In this document: piece after piece, positions 18,929 through 27,566 of the stretch
Position numbering within the stretch: position 1 is the stretch's first letter
Layout: each line of letters starts with the position of its first letter
Virus record (IMG/VR): IMGVR_UViG_3300044632_000653
DNA from: a virus
Length of the DNA: 64,000 nt
Strand: one strand, 5' to 3'
Translations under genes and position numbers: made by a program
Notes under the pieces: generated by a model
The model's input: the letters and a program-made list of their open reading frames with translations, nothing else
Databases searched by the model: none
What the model was told of the DNA's origin: nothing

Positions 18929-19971
18929 ACCTGCACGGACTCGGCGTAGATCTCCCTGATCAGGGTCTTCAGTCGGACGGGGTCCATCACTCCCTGCATG
19001 CCGTCGATCTCGTCGCATATGAGGGTGAGGGTGTCCTTGCTCATGTCAACCGCCGACTTCTCGACCTCCTCCTGCTTCCTGTCGGTTTGGTCCACGACCG
19101 TCACCGAGTGGACAGGTGCCTCGTTGAGCCTGTCGAGGAGGTTGTCGAACATGATCGGTCGCTTCTTGGCGTTCACGACCATGCGGACGAAGGTGTTGGC
19201 GTATGGCTTGCAGTTGAAGATACCGTAGTCGTTCTGCGAGTCATCGTATTCGATCTGATAGAACATCGACTTCGGGTTCTCCACGAATTCCATGACCTGC
19301 GTGTCAGGGTCGAACACATGGAATCCCTTGCGCTCTCCGAGGTCGCCGAATGTCATCTGATACTGCGTACCGAGGTAGTGGATGTTGCCCTTGCTGTGGC
19401 GGCAATGGAAGTGACCGCTGTAGACCGCTTGGAATCGGGCGAGTGCCCTCGGGTCCATGCCCTCATGGCACTCGACACCACGGAGGACCTCGTAGCCGCT
19501 GATCTCAAAGTGCCCCATGAGGATCCCCACGGGAGCGTTCTGTATGAAATTCAGGCAGGACTCTGCGTTGTCCTTGGTGACCCATGGGATGATGCCCACG
19601 GGAAGGGTGTCGAGATACAGCATCGTCGGGCTCTCATGGATGACGATGTTGGGGTACAGGTTGAACAGTTCCACCACGGAGTTGAGTCGGTTGGTGTTCT
19701 TGTAGAACACATCATGGTTGCCGAGGGTGATGTCCATCTGAACATCCATGTCCCGCAGCCTGTCGAGGAACCGTGACCGCACCTGACCCAAGGTGTAGAA
19801 GTTCACGAACTTCCGCTTGTCGAGGAAGTCGCCGAGGTGGACGATCTGCCTGATCCCATGCCGTTCGATGTACGGGAAGAACACATCCTCAAAGAAGCCG
19901 AGGGCGTGATCTAGGAAGATGGGACTGTCGTTCCGAGCCCCGAAGTGGGTGTCGTTGATGACTGCGATCAT
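18925..19971 (-). CDS. gp47: Recombination endonuclease nuclease subunit (Mre11/SbcD-like)
   Basis: DTHFGARND, HLGDFLD, GNHD, GHFE, SGHFH metallophosphoesterase motifs. Confidence 0.95.
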   Translation of the reverse strand: MIAVINDTHFGARNDSPIFLDHALGFFEDVFFPYIERHGIRQIVHLGDFLDKRKFVNFYTLGQVRSRFLDRLRDMDVQMDITLGNHDVFYKNTNRLNSVVELFNLYPNIVIHESPTMLYLDTLPVGIIPWVTKDNAESCLNFIQNAPVGILMGHFEISGYEVLRGVECHEGMDPRALARFQAVYSGHFHCRHSKGNIHYLGTQYQMTFGDLGERKGFHVFDPDTQVMEFVENPKSMFYQIEYDDSQNDYGIFNCKPYANTFVRMVVNAKKRPIMFDNLLDRLNEAPVHSVTVVDQTDRKQEEVEKSAVDMSKDTLTLICDEIDGMQGVMDPVRLKTLIREIYAESVQV

Positions 19972-20540
19972 TTGTCTTCCATGACATCGTCCAAGCGGGG
20001 CTTGCTCTTCTGCCTTCTCTGCCTACGGCTCTTCTTCGGCTTGAGAGCCTCGGCGTTAGTCTCAGGAGGAAGGAAGTCGCTGAAGGGATTGGTATCGCCC
20101 TCGGCATAGTCCTTTGCCTTCTCCTCCATCCAATTACGGAACCTTCCCGTGGGATCGTTCTGCTCAAAGACCCGCATCTTCACATACATCTGCTTCTTCT
20201 CCCGTTGGATGCGACGGAGGAAGGCGTAGTAGATGATCTGCGTGAAGAAGGCGAAGGGGTTGCTGCTCTTCTTGGGATCGAAGTTGGCTGCGTACATGAC
20301 GCAGTTCTCGACGGAATCGCAGATCATCTCCTCCCGATAGGTGTAGTTGGCGAAGTTGGGCTTCTTCGCTAGGTTGTTGGCGATGTCGAGGAAACATTGC
20401 CCGATGTAGTCGTTGACTCCAGGCGGCTTATCCCCTCGCTTCTTCGCCTTGAGAGCGACCTTGCGGTAGGCAGACAGTTCTTTGAGGAACCGTCCGTTGT
20501 CTATGTAATGGTTCTGAGCCTTCTTCGGCTTGTCGCTCAT
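19968..20540 (-). CDS. gp55: Late-transcription sigma factor
   Basis: HYIDN..F, YIGQCFLDIANNLAKKPNFANYTYREEMICD, NFDPKKSSNPFAFFTQIIYYAFLRRI.REKKQ. Confidence 0.95.
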   Translation of the reverse strand: MSDKPKKAQNHYIDNGRFLKELSAYRKVALKAKKRGDKPPGVNDYIGQCFLDIANNLAKKPNFANYTYREEMICDSVENCVMYAANFDPKKSSNPFAFFTQIIYYAFLRRIQREKKQMYVKMRVFEQNDPTGRFRNWMEEKAKDYAEGDTNPFSDFLPPETNAEALKPKKSRRQRRQKSKPRLDDVMEDK

Positions 20541-20555
20541 CCTTGAGTACTCCAC

Positions 20556-20875
20556 CTAGCGTGAAGTAGTTATCGCCTCGGGATGAGCAAACCATAAGGT
20601 GATAAAAGAGAAAAAGAAGGATACGGTTTGCACCCTTCGTTTGCTATCTTTTCCCCTACTAGTTTTACTAGGTACCTAGTCTCTGGTAACTGTTTTACCA
20701 TCTTGGTAAGTGTTTCTTGAGACTCTTCTCCAGATGTAACTCTTCAGTCTCAAGACCAAGACATCATTGAACTCATTCAACCAAGTTCTTCTTGTTCTCT
20801 TCCAGAGGGTTCTAAAGGAGTATCAACTGAGACTCAATGAGATTTAGGCGATTCCAAAAATTTTGATTCAAAAAA
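20556..20875. other. AT-rich non-coding region with palindromes; candidate replication origin or regulatory region
   Basis: Largest gap in the window, much more AT-rich than its flanks; 14-bp palindrome ACTAGGTACCTAGT (20667-20680) and several inverted repeats. Confidence 0.45.
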
Positions 20876-21346
20876 TCACAACTTTGGATCACCACCCCAA
20901 CCTGGGAACTCGTCATATCCGTTCCTTCCCTCACCATCGTCAGGCATCTCGTCCTTGGGTTCCATGGTGTCCGTGTCTTCATCAGGATCGATGCTGTCCT
21001 TCAGGGCATCCACGGTTCCCGAACCCGAACCCATGTCATCGATGATGTCCGAGTTGATTCGGGCTTGGGTGTAGTCGGACACGATCCCTCGGATGGGTCG
21101 AACGACGCACATGACGATGTCCTTCCTCACGACGATGTAGTCCTCGGCTGCAAAGTCGATCCAATTCTTGAGCATCACATTGACCTCCTGCACAGGCATC
21201 GAATCCGATTGCTGTTGCACGGTTACCAATGCCATGACCATGGGCTTCTCAAGGATGTAGGAGTTCTTGCCGCTCTTCCCGATACCTGCGATCAGGGTCT
21301 CCCCTGTCATCAGCCGCACCATCCTGATTGGGTAGATTTGGGTCAT
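20876..21346 (-). CDS. Conserved T4-like hypothetical protein between uvsW and gp55
   Basis: MVRLMTGETLIA...LEKP...LKNWIDF; acidic tail; syntenic position. Confidence 0.7.
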   Translation of the reverse strand: MTQIYPIRMVRLMTGETLIAGIGKSGKNSYILEKPMVMALVTVQQQSDSMPVQEVNVMLKNWIDFAAEDYIVVRKDIVMCVVRPIRGIVSDYTQARINSDIIDDMGSGSGTVDALKDSIDPDEDTDTMEPKDEMPDDGEGRNGYDEFPGWGGDPKL

Positions 21347-22878
21347 ATGGTTCCCTCGGGTCTCTTGATCCTCATGTCCAACGGCATCTTCACCAACTTG
21401 TACATGAACTGTTCCGACTCGTAGATCTTGAGACGCTTGAGGAAGTGCCTGAGGCTGTAGTTGAGGACCTCACCCTTGTGGAGATCGTCGGCGATGTCGT
21501 ACAACTTGGCGATGTGCTTGCCTTGGCTCTTGCGCAACTGCCGACCGATGCTCTGTAGGACACGGATCCTCGACTTGCTTGGGGATGCGAAGATCACATT
21601 CCTGAGGCTGCGGATGTTGATGCCCGTGGAAAAGGTTCCATACGAAGCCACGATGATTGCGTTCTCTTCCTTTTCAACGATGCCTCTGATCCCCTCACGC
21701 TCCTCAAGTTCGGTCTCACCCGCCACGAAGTAGACATTCCTTCCCGAGGCACAACGCTTGATGTTCTCGTACAGGGGCTTCCCGTGCTTCTCCACGAAGT
21801 TGAAGAGGACGAGCGTGTTGCCTTTCGTTGCTGCGGCGAGGTGGGAGATGAAGTCATTTCTCTTCTCGCACCCGACGAGCCATTCGATCTCATGTTGGTA
21901 GTCGAGACCACAGACGCTGCCACGGATCTCCTCGGGATACCGCAGCATGATGCACTCAATCCTCAGGCTAGTGAGGAGGTTACGGTCCATCAGTTCCTTG
22001 GTGGTCACCACCCTGTGTACGGGACCGAACAGACCTTCGATGGCGAGTTTGTGGATCTTTGAGCCGTCAAGGGTTCCCGTGAGGGCGATGCGGTACGGGC
22101 ACTCCGTCAGTTTCGACATGATGGAGGTCAGGCTCTGTGCCTTGAACAGGTGCGCCTCGTCCCCGATCACCACTTCAAAGTTGTCGAACCATGATCGGGG
22201 CAACTTGTAGATCGACTGCCATGTCGAGATCACGATTTGCTTGTCGGTCAGTTTCGCCTCGCCGCCCACGATGCGGTGGCAGTTTGCGTCGGCATCCCAC
22301 TTCACCTCGGAGGAGTAGTCCTTGAAATCGGCGTACATCTGTGCGACGAGCGAGATCGTCGGAACCACGATGAGGATCTTCTTGGAGGGAGGGATAGCCT
22401 GTTGGTAGTACCTGCACAGGCTATAGATGATGAGGCTCTTCCCCGATGCGGTCGGGGACAGCAGGACGCAGCGGGATTGGTTCATCGCATGGCAGATAGC
22501 CTCGACCTGATGGTCGTGGGGGGAAAGCACCTGACCGCCCGAGGTGGGCTTCAGAGCCTCGACCATCCTCTTGACCTTGTCGCAGTCGTACTTGATCTCG
22601 GGTTGCGCCACCGCTGAATCGACCCGCATCTCATACCCACGGTCTTTGCAGAATGTGGCGAGGTAGTCCATCAGCCCCGCAGGTAGGAGACCTGAGTGAG
22701 CGTTGAACAGGCGAATCTTGCCGTCCCATACCCTGCGCTTGAAGGCGGGTGAGAACTTCGCACCAGGTACATCGAAGGTGAAGAAGTCCTGTAACTCGTA
22801 TGCGACAGAATTCTCCGTCAGGATGCGGAGGTGCGCCGAGTTCATACTGCGGACTTCAATCGACGGCATATCGGACAT
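21343..22878 (-). CDS. uvsW: SF2 DNA helicase UvsW
   Basis: WDGKIRLF, LSPTASGKSLI, GDEAHLF, LTGTL, ASYGTFSTGINI, LQSIGRQLR. Confidence 0.95.
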   Translation of the reverse strand: MSDMPSIEVRSMNSAHLRILTENSVAYELQDFFTFDVPGAKFSPAFKRRVWDGKIRLFNAHSGLLPAGLMDYLATFCKDRGYEMRVDSAVAQPEIKYDCDKVKRMVEALKPTSGGQVLSPHDHQVEAICHAMNQSRCVLLSPTASGKSLIIYSLCRYYQQAIPPSKKILIVVPTISLVAQMYADFKDYSSEVKWDADANCHRIVGGEAKLTDKQIVISTWQSIYKLPRSWFDNFEVVIGDEAHLFKAQSLTSIMSKLTECPYRIALTGTLDGSKIHKLAIEGLFGPVHRVVTTKELMDRNLLTSLRIECIMLRYPEEIRGSVCGLDYQHEIEWLVGCEKRNDFISHLAAATKGNTLVLFNFVEKHGKPLYENIKRCASGRNVYFVAGETELEEREGIRGIVEKEENAIIVASYGTFSTGINIRSLRNVIFASPSKSRIRVLQSIGRQLRKSQGKHIAKLYDIADDLHKGEVLNYSLRHFLKRLKIYESEQFMYKLVKMPLDMRIKRPEGTI

Positions 22879-22884
22879 CGGTAC

Positions 22885-23322
22885 TTATGAGACCCCGCTC
22901 ATAAACTTTCGCCACTCAATGGCGTTGCGGATGACCCATTGTCGGTTATTGATCCCCTTGATGACGCTGTCCAAGTACTCCACCTTCGCCTTCTGCAAGT
23001 CGATCTTGGAGCCGAGCCTGATCAAGTCGGGGTCAGCCTCCATGTAGAGTTCTAGGTCCTGCCTCAAGATGCGGGTCGCAAACGGCTCCCAACCAAGCGA
23101 CTTGAGTTGATCCTCGTCGGCTTTGCCGCTGTACCACTCCCACTTCTGTTTCTTGAGGACGGAGTAGTCCGAGTTCAACTTTCGGAGGACAAGGCTCTCG
23201 TCGTGGAAGATGTTGAGGAACTTCCCGTGCAGCATGGGGATGCGGATCGACTCGTCGCCGAGTTCCGTTCCGTCGATCTTGAGATCGCTCTCAACCAACT
23301 GCTTGATTGTTTCCATGTTCAT
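22885..23322 (-). CDS. uvsY: Recombination mediator UvsY
   Basis: DLKID..L..ES.RIP.LH.K, WEWYSGK, R.WVIRNAIEWRKF. Confidence 0.9.
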   Translation of the reverse strand: MNMETIKQLVESDLKIDGTELGDESIRIPMLHGKFLNIFHDESLVLRKLNSDYSVLKKQKWEWYSGKADEDQLKSLGWEPFATRILRQDLELYMEADPDLIRLGSKIDLQKAKVEYLDSVIKGINNRQWVIRNAIEWRKFMSGVS

Positions 23323-23328
23323 TGGGGT

Positions 23329-23358
23329 AGATTACCTTATCCTTTGCGACACCGTCAA
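23329..23358 (-). promoter_or_regulatory. Possible sigma70-like promoter for uvsY-uvsW (TTGACG-18-TAATCT)
   Basis: Motif match in a divergent intergenic gap. Confidence 0.4.
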
Positions 23359-23368
23359 TAGATACGGC

Positions 23369-23923
23369 GTGAAGATCGTTGGAATCGACTACAGCATGAC
23401 CTGTCCTGCCGTGACCATGATGTTCGGCGGGGGGTTTGAGACTTTATGTCACTATGTCAGTCCTACCAAGAAGTCGGAGGTCAAGGGCGGGGTGACGGGG
23501 TTTGCTTGGCAAGGTGATCGGCTACCTGAATACAAGAGCCCTGAGGGCAGGTTTCATGCGCTGTCATCATGGGCACTTCCCCTCTGCCTCGGTGCCGATC
23601 ACATATTCCTTGAGGACTACGCCATGGGTGCCAAAGGAAGGGTGTTCCACATCGGGGAAAACGCAGGGGTACTCAAGCACAAGTTGTGGTCCAACGGGTT
23701 GCCGTTCACTCTCGTATCCCCCACCGCCCTCAAGAAGCATGCGACGGGCAAGGGAAACGCCGACAAGTGCGCCATGATCGCAGCGTTCAAGGAGAAGACG
23801 AAGGTCGATTTGGCGAGCGTGATGGGAATAGAGAACTGCGGCAGTCCCCTGTCCGATGTAATCGATTCTTGGTTCCTCGCCGACTACGGTAGGTTCGTCA
23901 CGAAGACAGAACCGTATTGTTGA
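23369..23923 (+). CDS. RuvC-like Holliday junction resolvase
   Basis: GTG start MKIVGIDYSMTCP, FLEDYA, IGENAGVLK, PTALKKHATGKGNADK, SDVIDSW. Confidence 0.8.
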   Translation: MKIVGIDYSMTCPAVTMMFGGGFETLCHYVSPTKKSEVKGGVTGFAWQGDRLPEYKSPEGRFHALSSWALPLCLGADHIFLEDYAMGAKGRVFHIGENAGVLKHKLWSNGLPFTLVSPTALKKHATGKGNADKCAMIAAFKEKTKVDLASVMGIENCGSPLSDVIDSWFLADYGRFVTKTEPYC

Positions 23924-24335
23924 GATCAGGGAATGCCTCAAGCACGACCTTCTTGTCGAGGCTGTAGGCACGACCGAAGGTTCCGTCGAAGAGTTCCTTG
24001 ATGACCTCGGCTTCCGACGAGTGGACGGACTCCAAGATCTGAATCAGCAGTTGGTCTTTCCTCTCGGAGGGCAACTTGTAGACCTCCTTGAAGATGTAGA
24101 GCCGCTTGCTCTCTTGGAACAGGTTCGTGTGGGTGAGACCGTCAGGAGCCGACTCGGGGGTGTACTTCGGGAGATCCTTTCGGTACCACTTGCCCTTGTC
24201 GAGGAATGCGTAGTAGAGGACCTGCTTGAGGGAATGGCTTGAGTTCTCTCGGAGCAACCTCACGGTGTCTTCCTTGCTCTTAGCCTCTCGCATGATTCGC
24301 CTGAGTACCTCGGGAATGGTCATTGTCATTGGCAT
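23898..24335 (-). CDS. Conserved T4-like hypothetical protein (DUF6433-like)
   Basis: IPEVL...LKQVL..AF...PKYTP..AP.G...NL..E.KRLYIF...RKDQLLIQILESVH..EA; SD GGAGA; alternative start 24353. Confidence 0.7.
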   Translation of the reverse strand: MPMTMTIPEVLRRIMREAKSKEDTVRLLRENSSHSLKQVLYYAFLDKGKWYRKDLPKYTPESAPDGLTHTNLFQESKRLYIFKEVYKLPSERKDQLLIQILESVHSSEAEVIKELFDGTFGRAYSLDKKVVLEAFPDLNNTVLSS

Positions 24336-24383
24336 GATGTTTGGGTTCTCCATCGATATGTAGCCTACATACGAGGCTCGGAG

Positions 24384-24620
24384 ATGGACATCGTAATGGA
24401 TAACGACAAGGACACCAACGCACAGCGGCAGAAGGTTTGGTTGAGGGAAGAGGGCAAGACGGCGGTCGTGCGTAGGGTGGAAACCCACCCGAACTACGGC
24501 AAGCAGTACCTCGTCACGGTTTACAGTTCGACTTGGGGTCCTGAGACCTACTGGGTGAAGGAAGCGAATGTCGAGCAGATCGGACACGGTCGATGGCAGT
24601 CGGGAAATGGGAGAGGATGA
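24384..24620 (+). CDS. Hypothetical protein (SH3-like)
   Basis: Short beta-rich ORF; CTACATA box upstream. Confidence 0.6.
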   Translation: MDIVMDNDKDTNAQRQKVWLREEGKTAVVRRVETHPNYGKQYLVTVYSSTWGPETYWVKEANVEQIGHGRWQSGNGRG

Positions 24621-24916
24621 TGAGCAAGAAGGCACGATCCAAGGCAGCGGGTAAGCGTCCGACCAAGGTTCAAAAGAACTTGGAGGCTGTCCCTGCGCCC
24701 ACGCCCGAGCCCACGCCCGTGTGCGTACCTGCACCCGCACCCGCACCTGCGCCCGAGCCCACGCCCGTGTGCGTACCTGCACCCGCACCCGCACCTGCGC
24801 CCGAGCCCACGCCTACGCCCGTGAGTGAGGAGGAAGCGCAGATCCCTCGCAAGAGTTCTGTCATCGATTGGATCAAGCGAAAGTGGTGGGCGTTCAGGAT
24901 CTACGGGCAACTGTAA
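24617..24916 (+). CDS. Hypothetical protein with Pro/Ala/Thr repeats
   Basis: ATGA coupling; basic N-terminus, repeat middle, amphipathic Trp-rich C-terminus. Confidence 0.55.
   Translation: MMSKKARSKAAGKRPTKVQKNLEAVPAPTPEPTPVCVPAPAPAPAPEPTPVCVPAPAPAPAPEPTPTPVSEEEAQIPRKSSVIDWIKRKWWAFRIYGQL
24703..24813 (+). repeat. 48-bp perfect tandem repeat (about 2.3 copies)
   Basis: GCCCGAGCCCACGCCCGTGTGCGTACCTGCACCCGCACCCGCACCTGC at 24703 and 24751, partial copy at 24799. Confidence 0.95.
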
Positions 24917-24938
24917 TCCTTCAAGTGAGATCTACACA

Positions 24939-25193
24939 ATGCCAAACTATGACTACCGCTGCGACAAGTGCGAACACACCTTTGAGGAGTTCCATCTCAT
25001 CAAGGATCGGGCAAAGCCGTGCAAGAAACCGTGCCCCAAGTGCGGTGAGGGGAAAGTCTCGCAGTTCATCTCCTCTGCCCCTGTTTTGATTGACCCTGTC
25101 CGTTTGGGCGTTCGCCGACCCGACAGCGGTTTCAAAGAAGTCATCAGCAAAATCAAGTCTGCACACCCTCGCAGTCGAATGAGGGATTACTGA
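24939..25193 (+). CDS. FmdB-family zinc-ribbon protein
   Basis: MPNYDYRCDKCEHTFE...PCPKCG...GFKEVISKIK. Confidence 0.85.
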   Translation: MPNYDYRCDKCEHTFEEFHLIKDRAKPCKKPCPKCGEGKVSQFISSAPVLIDPVRLGVRRPDSGFKEVISKIKSAHPRSRMRDY

Positions 25194-25894
25194 TGCAAGA
25201 ACAAACACAAACCAAGCGACTCGTATCGATTGAAATCGGAGGCGGGGGTAGGTACTACCAATCCCCCGACAGCAAGCGGTGGTTCCCCTCGGTGACCACG
25301 GTGATCAACCACAGGGATGCCGAGAAGTGGAAGAAGTGGCGGGAGAACCCCGACAACGCCGCCACCTCTCAAGCCGCATTGGAGAGGGGGAACAGGCTTC
25401 ACACGGTCGTGGAGAACTACCTCGTCAACAAGGAGTTGCCCACCACCGACGAGCAGAGGCTGCATTTCGATCCGTTGCTGCCTCACCTTGAGAGGATCAG
25501 CAAGATCTATGCCATCGAAACTCCCCTTTGGTCGGACGATCTCCTGCTTGCGGGTAGGACCGACTGCATCGGCGACTACGACGGTGTGCCTTCGATCATC
25601 GACTTCAAGACCTCGGGGAAGACCAAGCGTAAGGAATGGATCGGGAACTACTTCCACCAAGCCGCCGCCTATTCCTACATGTGGCAGGAGAGGTCGGGTC
25701 AGAAGATCGATCAGTTGGTGATCCTGATCGCATGCGACGATGGGTCGGTCCAAGAGTTCGTTGAGCAGCGGGCACATCACCGAAACGGTCTCGCAAGCGT
25801 CATCAAGGACTATTGGAACACCAACGACTTCGACCAACTCCAAGAGGTCGTGGGCAAGGCATGGGAGGACGCACAGCATGAAATGGCTGGCTAG
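25193..25894 (+). CDS. PD-(D/E)XK exonuclease (T4-like phage exonuclease)
   Basis: FPSVTTV, RGNRLH, LAGRTDCI, IIDFKTS, YFHQAAAY. Confidence 0.85.
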   Translation: MQEQTQTKRLVSIEIGGGGRYYQSPDSKRWFPSVTTVINHRDAEKWKKWRENPDNAATSQAALERGNRLHTVVENYLVNKELPTTDEQRLHFDPLLPHLERISKIYAIETPLWSDDLLLAGRTDCIGDYDGVPSIIDFKTSGKTKRKEWIGNYFHQAAAYSYMWQERSGQKIDQLVILIACDDGSVQEFVEQRAHHRNGLASVIKDYWNTNDFDQLQEVVGKAWEDAQHEMAG

Positions 25895-26105
25895 ACTTTT
25901 CGGCAAGTCCGAGGATACGGAGGACACCGATGACGATGTCCCCCAAAAACTCCATTGCATTCGGTTTATGACGGATAGGGGGGAGCAGGTCGCCATACTC
26001 CTCACCTCCGAGGAGTTTGAGCGTGGCATGCTGCGTTGGGTCGAGACCATAGACACCATGCCGATTGAGTCAATCGATGAAAATTCCGACGAAGGAGTCC
26101 CTTGA
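25878..26105 (+). CDS. Hypothetical protein
   Basis: ORF with SD GGAGG between the exonuclease and gp33. Confidence 0.6.
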   Translation: MKWLARLFGKSEDTEDTDDDVPQKLHCIRFMTDRGEQVAILLTSEEFERGMLRWVETIDTMPIESIDENSDEGVP

Positions 26106-26341
26106 TGGGGTCGATACTCAAAGTCGAGGAGACCTTCTCAAGGGAGGTCGAGGAGATCTGCCGAAAGCGCAAGGATTCATCCCTGATCGATGCAATCCTT
26201 GAGATCTGCGAGAAATACGAGATCGAACCCGAGTCGGTGTCCAAGTTGGTCACCAAGCCTCTTCGGGAGCGGCTCAAGGCAGAGTTTGAGGAGCGCAACA
26301 TGATCAAGGGCGGTCGCAAGACTCGACTCCCCCTTGACTAG
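26105..26341 (+). CDS. gp33: Late promoter transcription coactivator
   Basis: FSREVEEI...IDAILEICEKYEIEPESVSKLVTKPLRERLKAE....NMIK. Confidence 0.85.
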   Translation: MGSILKVEETFSREVEEICRKRKDSSLIDAILEICEKYEIEPESVSKLVTKPLRERLKAEFEERNMIKGGRKTRLPLD

Positions 26342-26361
26342 ACAGAGCAAGACGGTACAGT
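26334..26361 (+). promoter_or_regulatory. Possible sigma70-like promoter for gp32 (TTGACT-16-TACAGT)
   Basis: Motif match upstream of SD AAGGAG. Confidence 0.45.
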
Positions 26362-26398
26362 CCGCACACTTCGCATACGAAACACAAGGAGACACGAC

Positions 26399-27328
26399 AT
26401 GTCAGGATTTTCTGCCCTCAAGAAGGGCGCACAGGGTTCCATCGACCGCCTCTCGGCTGAGATTCAGAAACTCAGCAGCAAGCAGTCCTACGACGATGAT
26501 CGGTTTTGGACGCTGACGAGGGACAAGAGCGACAACGGCTACGCAGTCATCCGATTCCTTCCCGCAGTCGAGGGAGAGGATGTGCCGTGGGTTCGCCTGT
26601 TCAGCCACGGCTTCCAAGGCAAGGGCGGATGGCTCATCGAAAACTGCCCGACCACCATCGGCAGGAAGTGCCCCGTCTGCGAGGCGAACAACGAACTCTG
26701 GGGCAGCGGCATCGAAGCGAACAAGCAGATCGCCCGTGATCGCAAGCGCAAGATGTCGTACATCTCCAACATCCTCGTCATCAGCGATCCTGCCGATCCG
26801 TCGAACGAGGGCAAGGTCTTCCTGTTCAAGTTCGGCAAGAAGATCTTCGACAAGTTGCAGGAGGCGATGAACCCCACGGCACCCGACGAGCCGAAGTTCA
26901 ACCCCTTCGACTATTGGAGCGGTGCCAACTTCAAGTTGAAGGCACACCGTGAGAGCGGCTATGTCTCCTACGAGAAGTCGGCGTTTCAGCCGCAGAGCCA
27001 ACTGTTGGACGGCGATGACAAGCGACTTGAGGTCCTGTGGAAGTCGCAGCATGCCCTCCTTCCGTTCGTCGCTCCCGATCAGTTCAAGTCCTACGAGGAC
27101 ATCTCGGTGCGCTTGACCACCGTCCTCAAGGGCGGTCCCGAGGGTGCAGCGACCCGAGCGGAGTCTGCCGAGCCCGATGACTTCCGCAGCAAGATGAAGG
27201 CTGCTGATTCGTCGGCGGCGAAGCCCTCCCCCATCAAGGCTCCCGCTAAGGCGAGCAAGGTGGATGACGATGACGATGAGTCCGCAACTTTCTCGTACTT
27301 CAAGAAGTTGACGGAAGAGGAAGACTGA
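26399..27328 (+). CDS. gp32: Single-stranded DNA-binding protein
   Basis: DDRFW, NGYAVIRFLP, HGFQ, IENCPTT...CPVCE, GKVFLFKFGKKIFDK, GANFKLK, acidic tail. Confidence 0.97.
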   Translation: MSGFSALKKGAQGSIDRLSAEIQKLSSKQSYDDDRFWTLTRDKSDNGYAVIRFLPAVEGEDVPWVRLFSHGFQGKGGWLIENCPTTIGRKCPVCEANNELWGSGIEANKQIARDRKRKMSYISNILVISDPADPSNEGKVFLFKFGKKIFDKLQEAMNPTAPDEPKFNPFDYWSGANFKLKAHRESGYVSYEKSAFQPQSQLLDGDDKRLEVLWKSQHALLPFVAPDQFKSYEDISVRLTTVLKGGPEGAATRAESAEPDDFRSKMKAADSSAAKPSPIKAPAKASKVDDDDDESATFSYFKKLTEEED

Positions 27329-27351
27329 GAAGACTTGGGGGTCTTCTTGCG

Positions 27352-27491
27352 GTAGGAGGATTATGTGATCCTCTGACGGTCGGGAGTGGAATCCGATGGT
27401 TCTGCCTAGCGGAACCGTTTGAAAGGAAACTCCTCCGAGCAACCTCTGCTCCCGACCGTCTTCCTACAACGAAAAGCGACCGTGTGGTCGC
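27352..27491 (+). ncRNA. Putative structured RNA of unknown family
   Basis: Nested stems 27352-57/27462-67, 27375-90/27445-60 (16 bp, 2 G-U) and 27395-405/27409-19 (11 bp, 3 G-U), plus hairpin 27476-91. Confidence 0.5.
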
Positions 27492-27492
27492 C

Positions 27493-27557
27493 TAACCGAC
27501 TCGGTTGTTCCAATCCAAGGATGGACGGGCAACAGCAACCGAGTCGGTTGTTTTTTT
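27493..27557 (+). terminator. Rho-independent terminator-like stem with U-tract
   Basis: AACCGACTCGGTTG/CAACCGAGTCGGTT 14-bp stem followed by T7, between convergent genes; the loop is unusually long. Confidence 0.65.
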
Positions 27558-27566
27558 ACAATACGG

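Noticed and set aside
13362-22878. Introns, inteins or homing endonucleases in nrdJ, gp46, gp47 or uvsW
   Set aside because: All are of normal length with contiguous motifs.
24703-24813. 48-bp repeat as a CRISPR mini-array, with the nearby Cas4-like exonuclease
   Set aside because: Copies are contiguous with no spacers and encode a Pro-rich linker; the nuclease is the standard T4-like exonuclease.
27328-27557. tRNA, tmRNA or hammerhead identity for the structured region
   Set aside because: No T-loop/CCA cloverleaf, tag reading frame or CUGAnGA core found.
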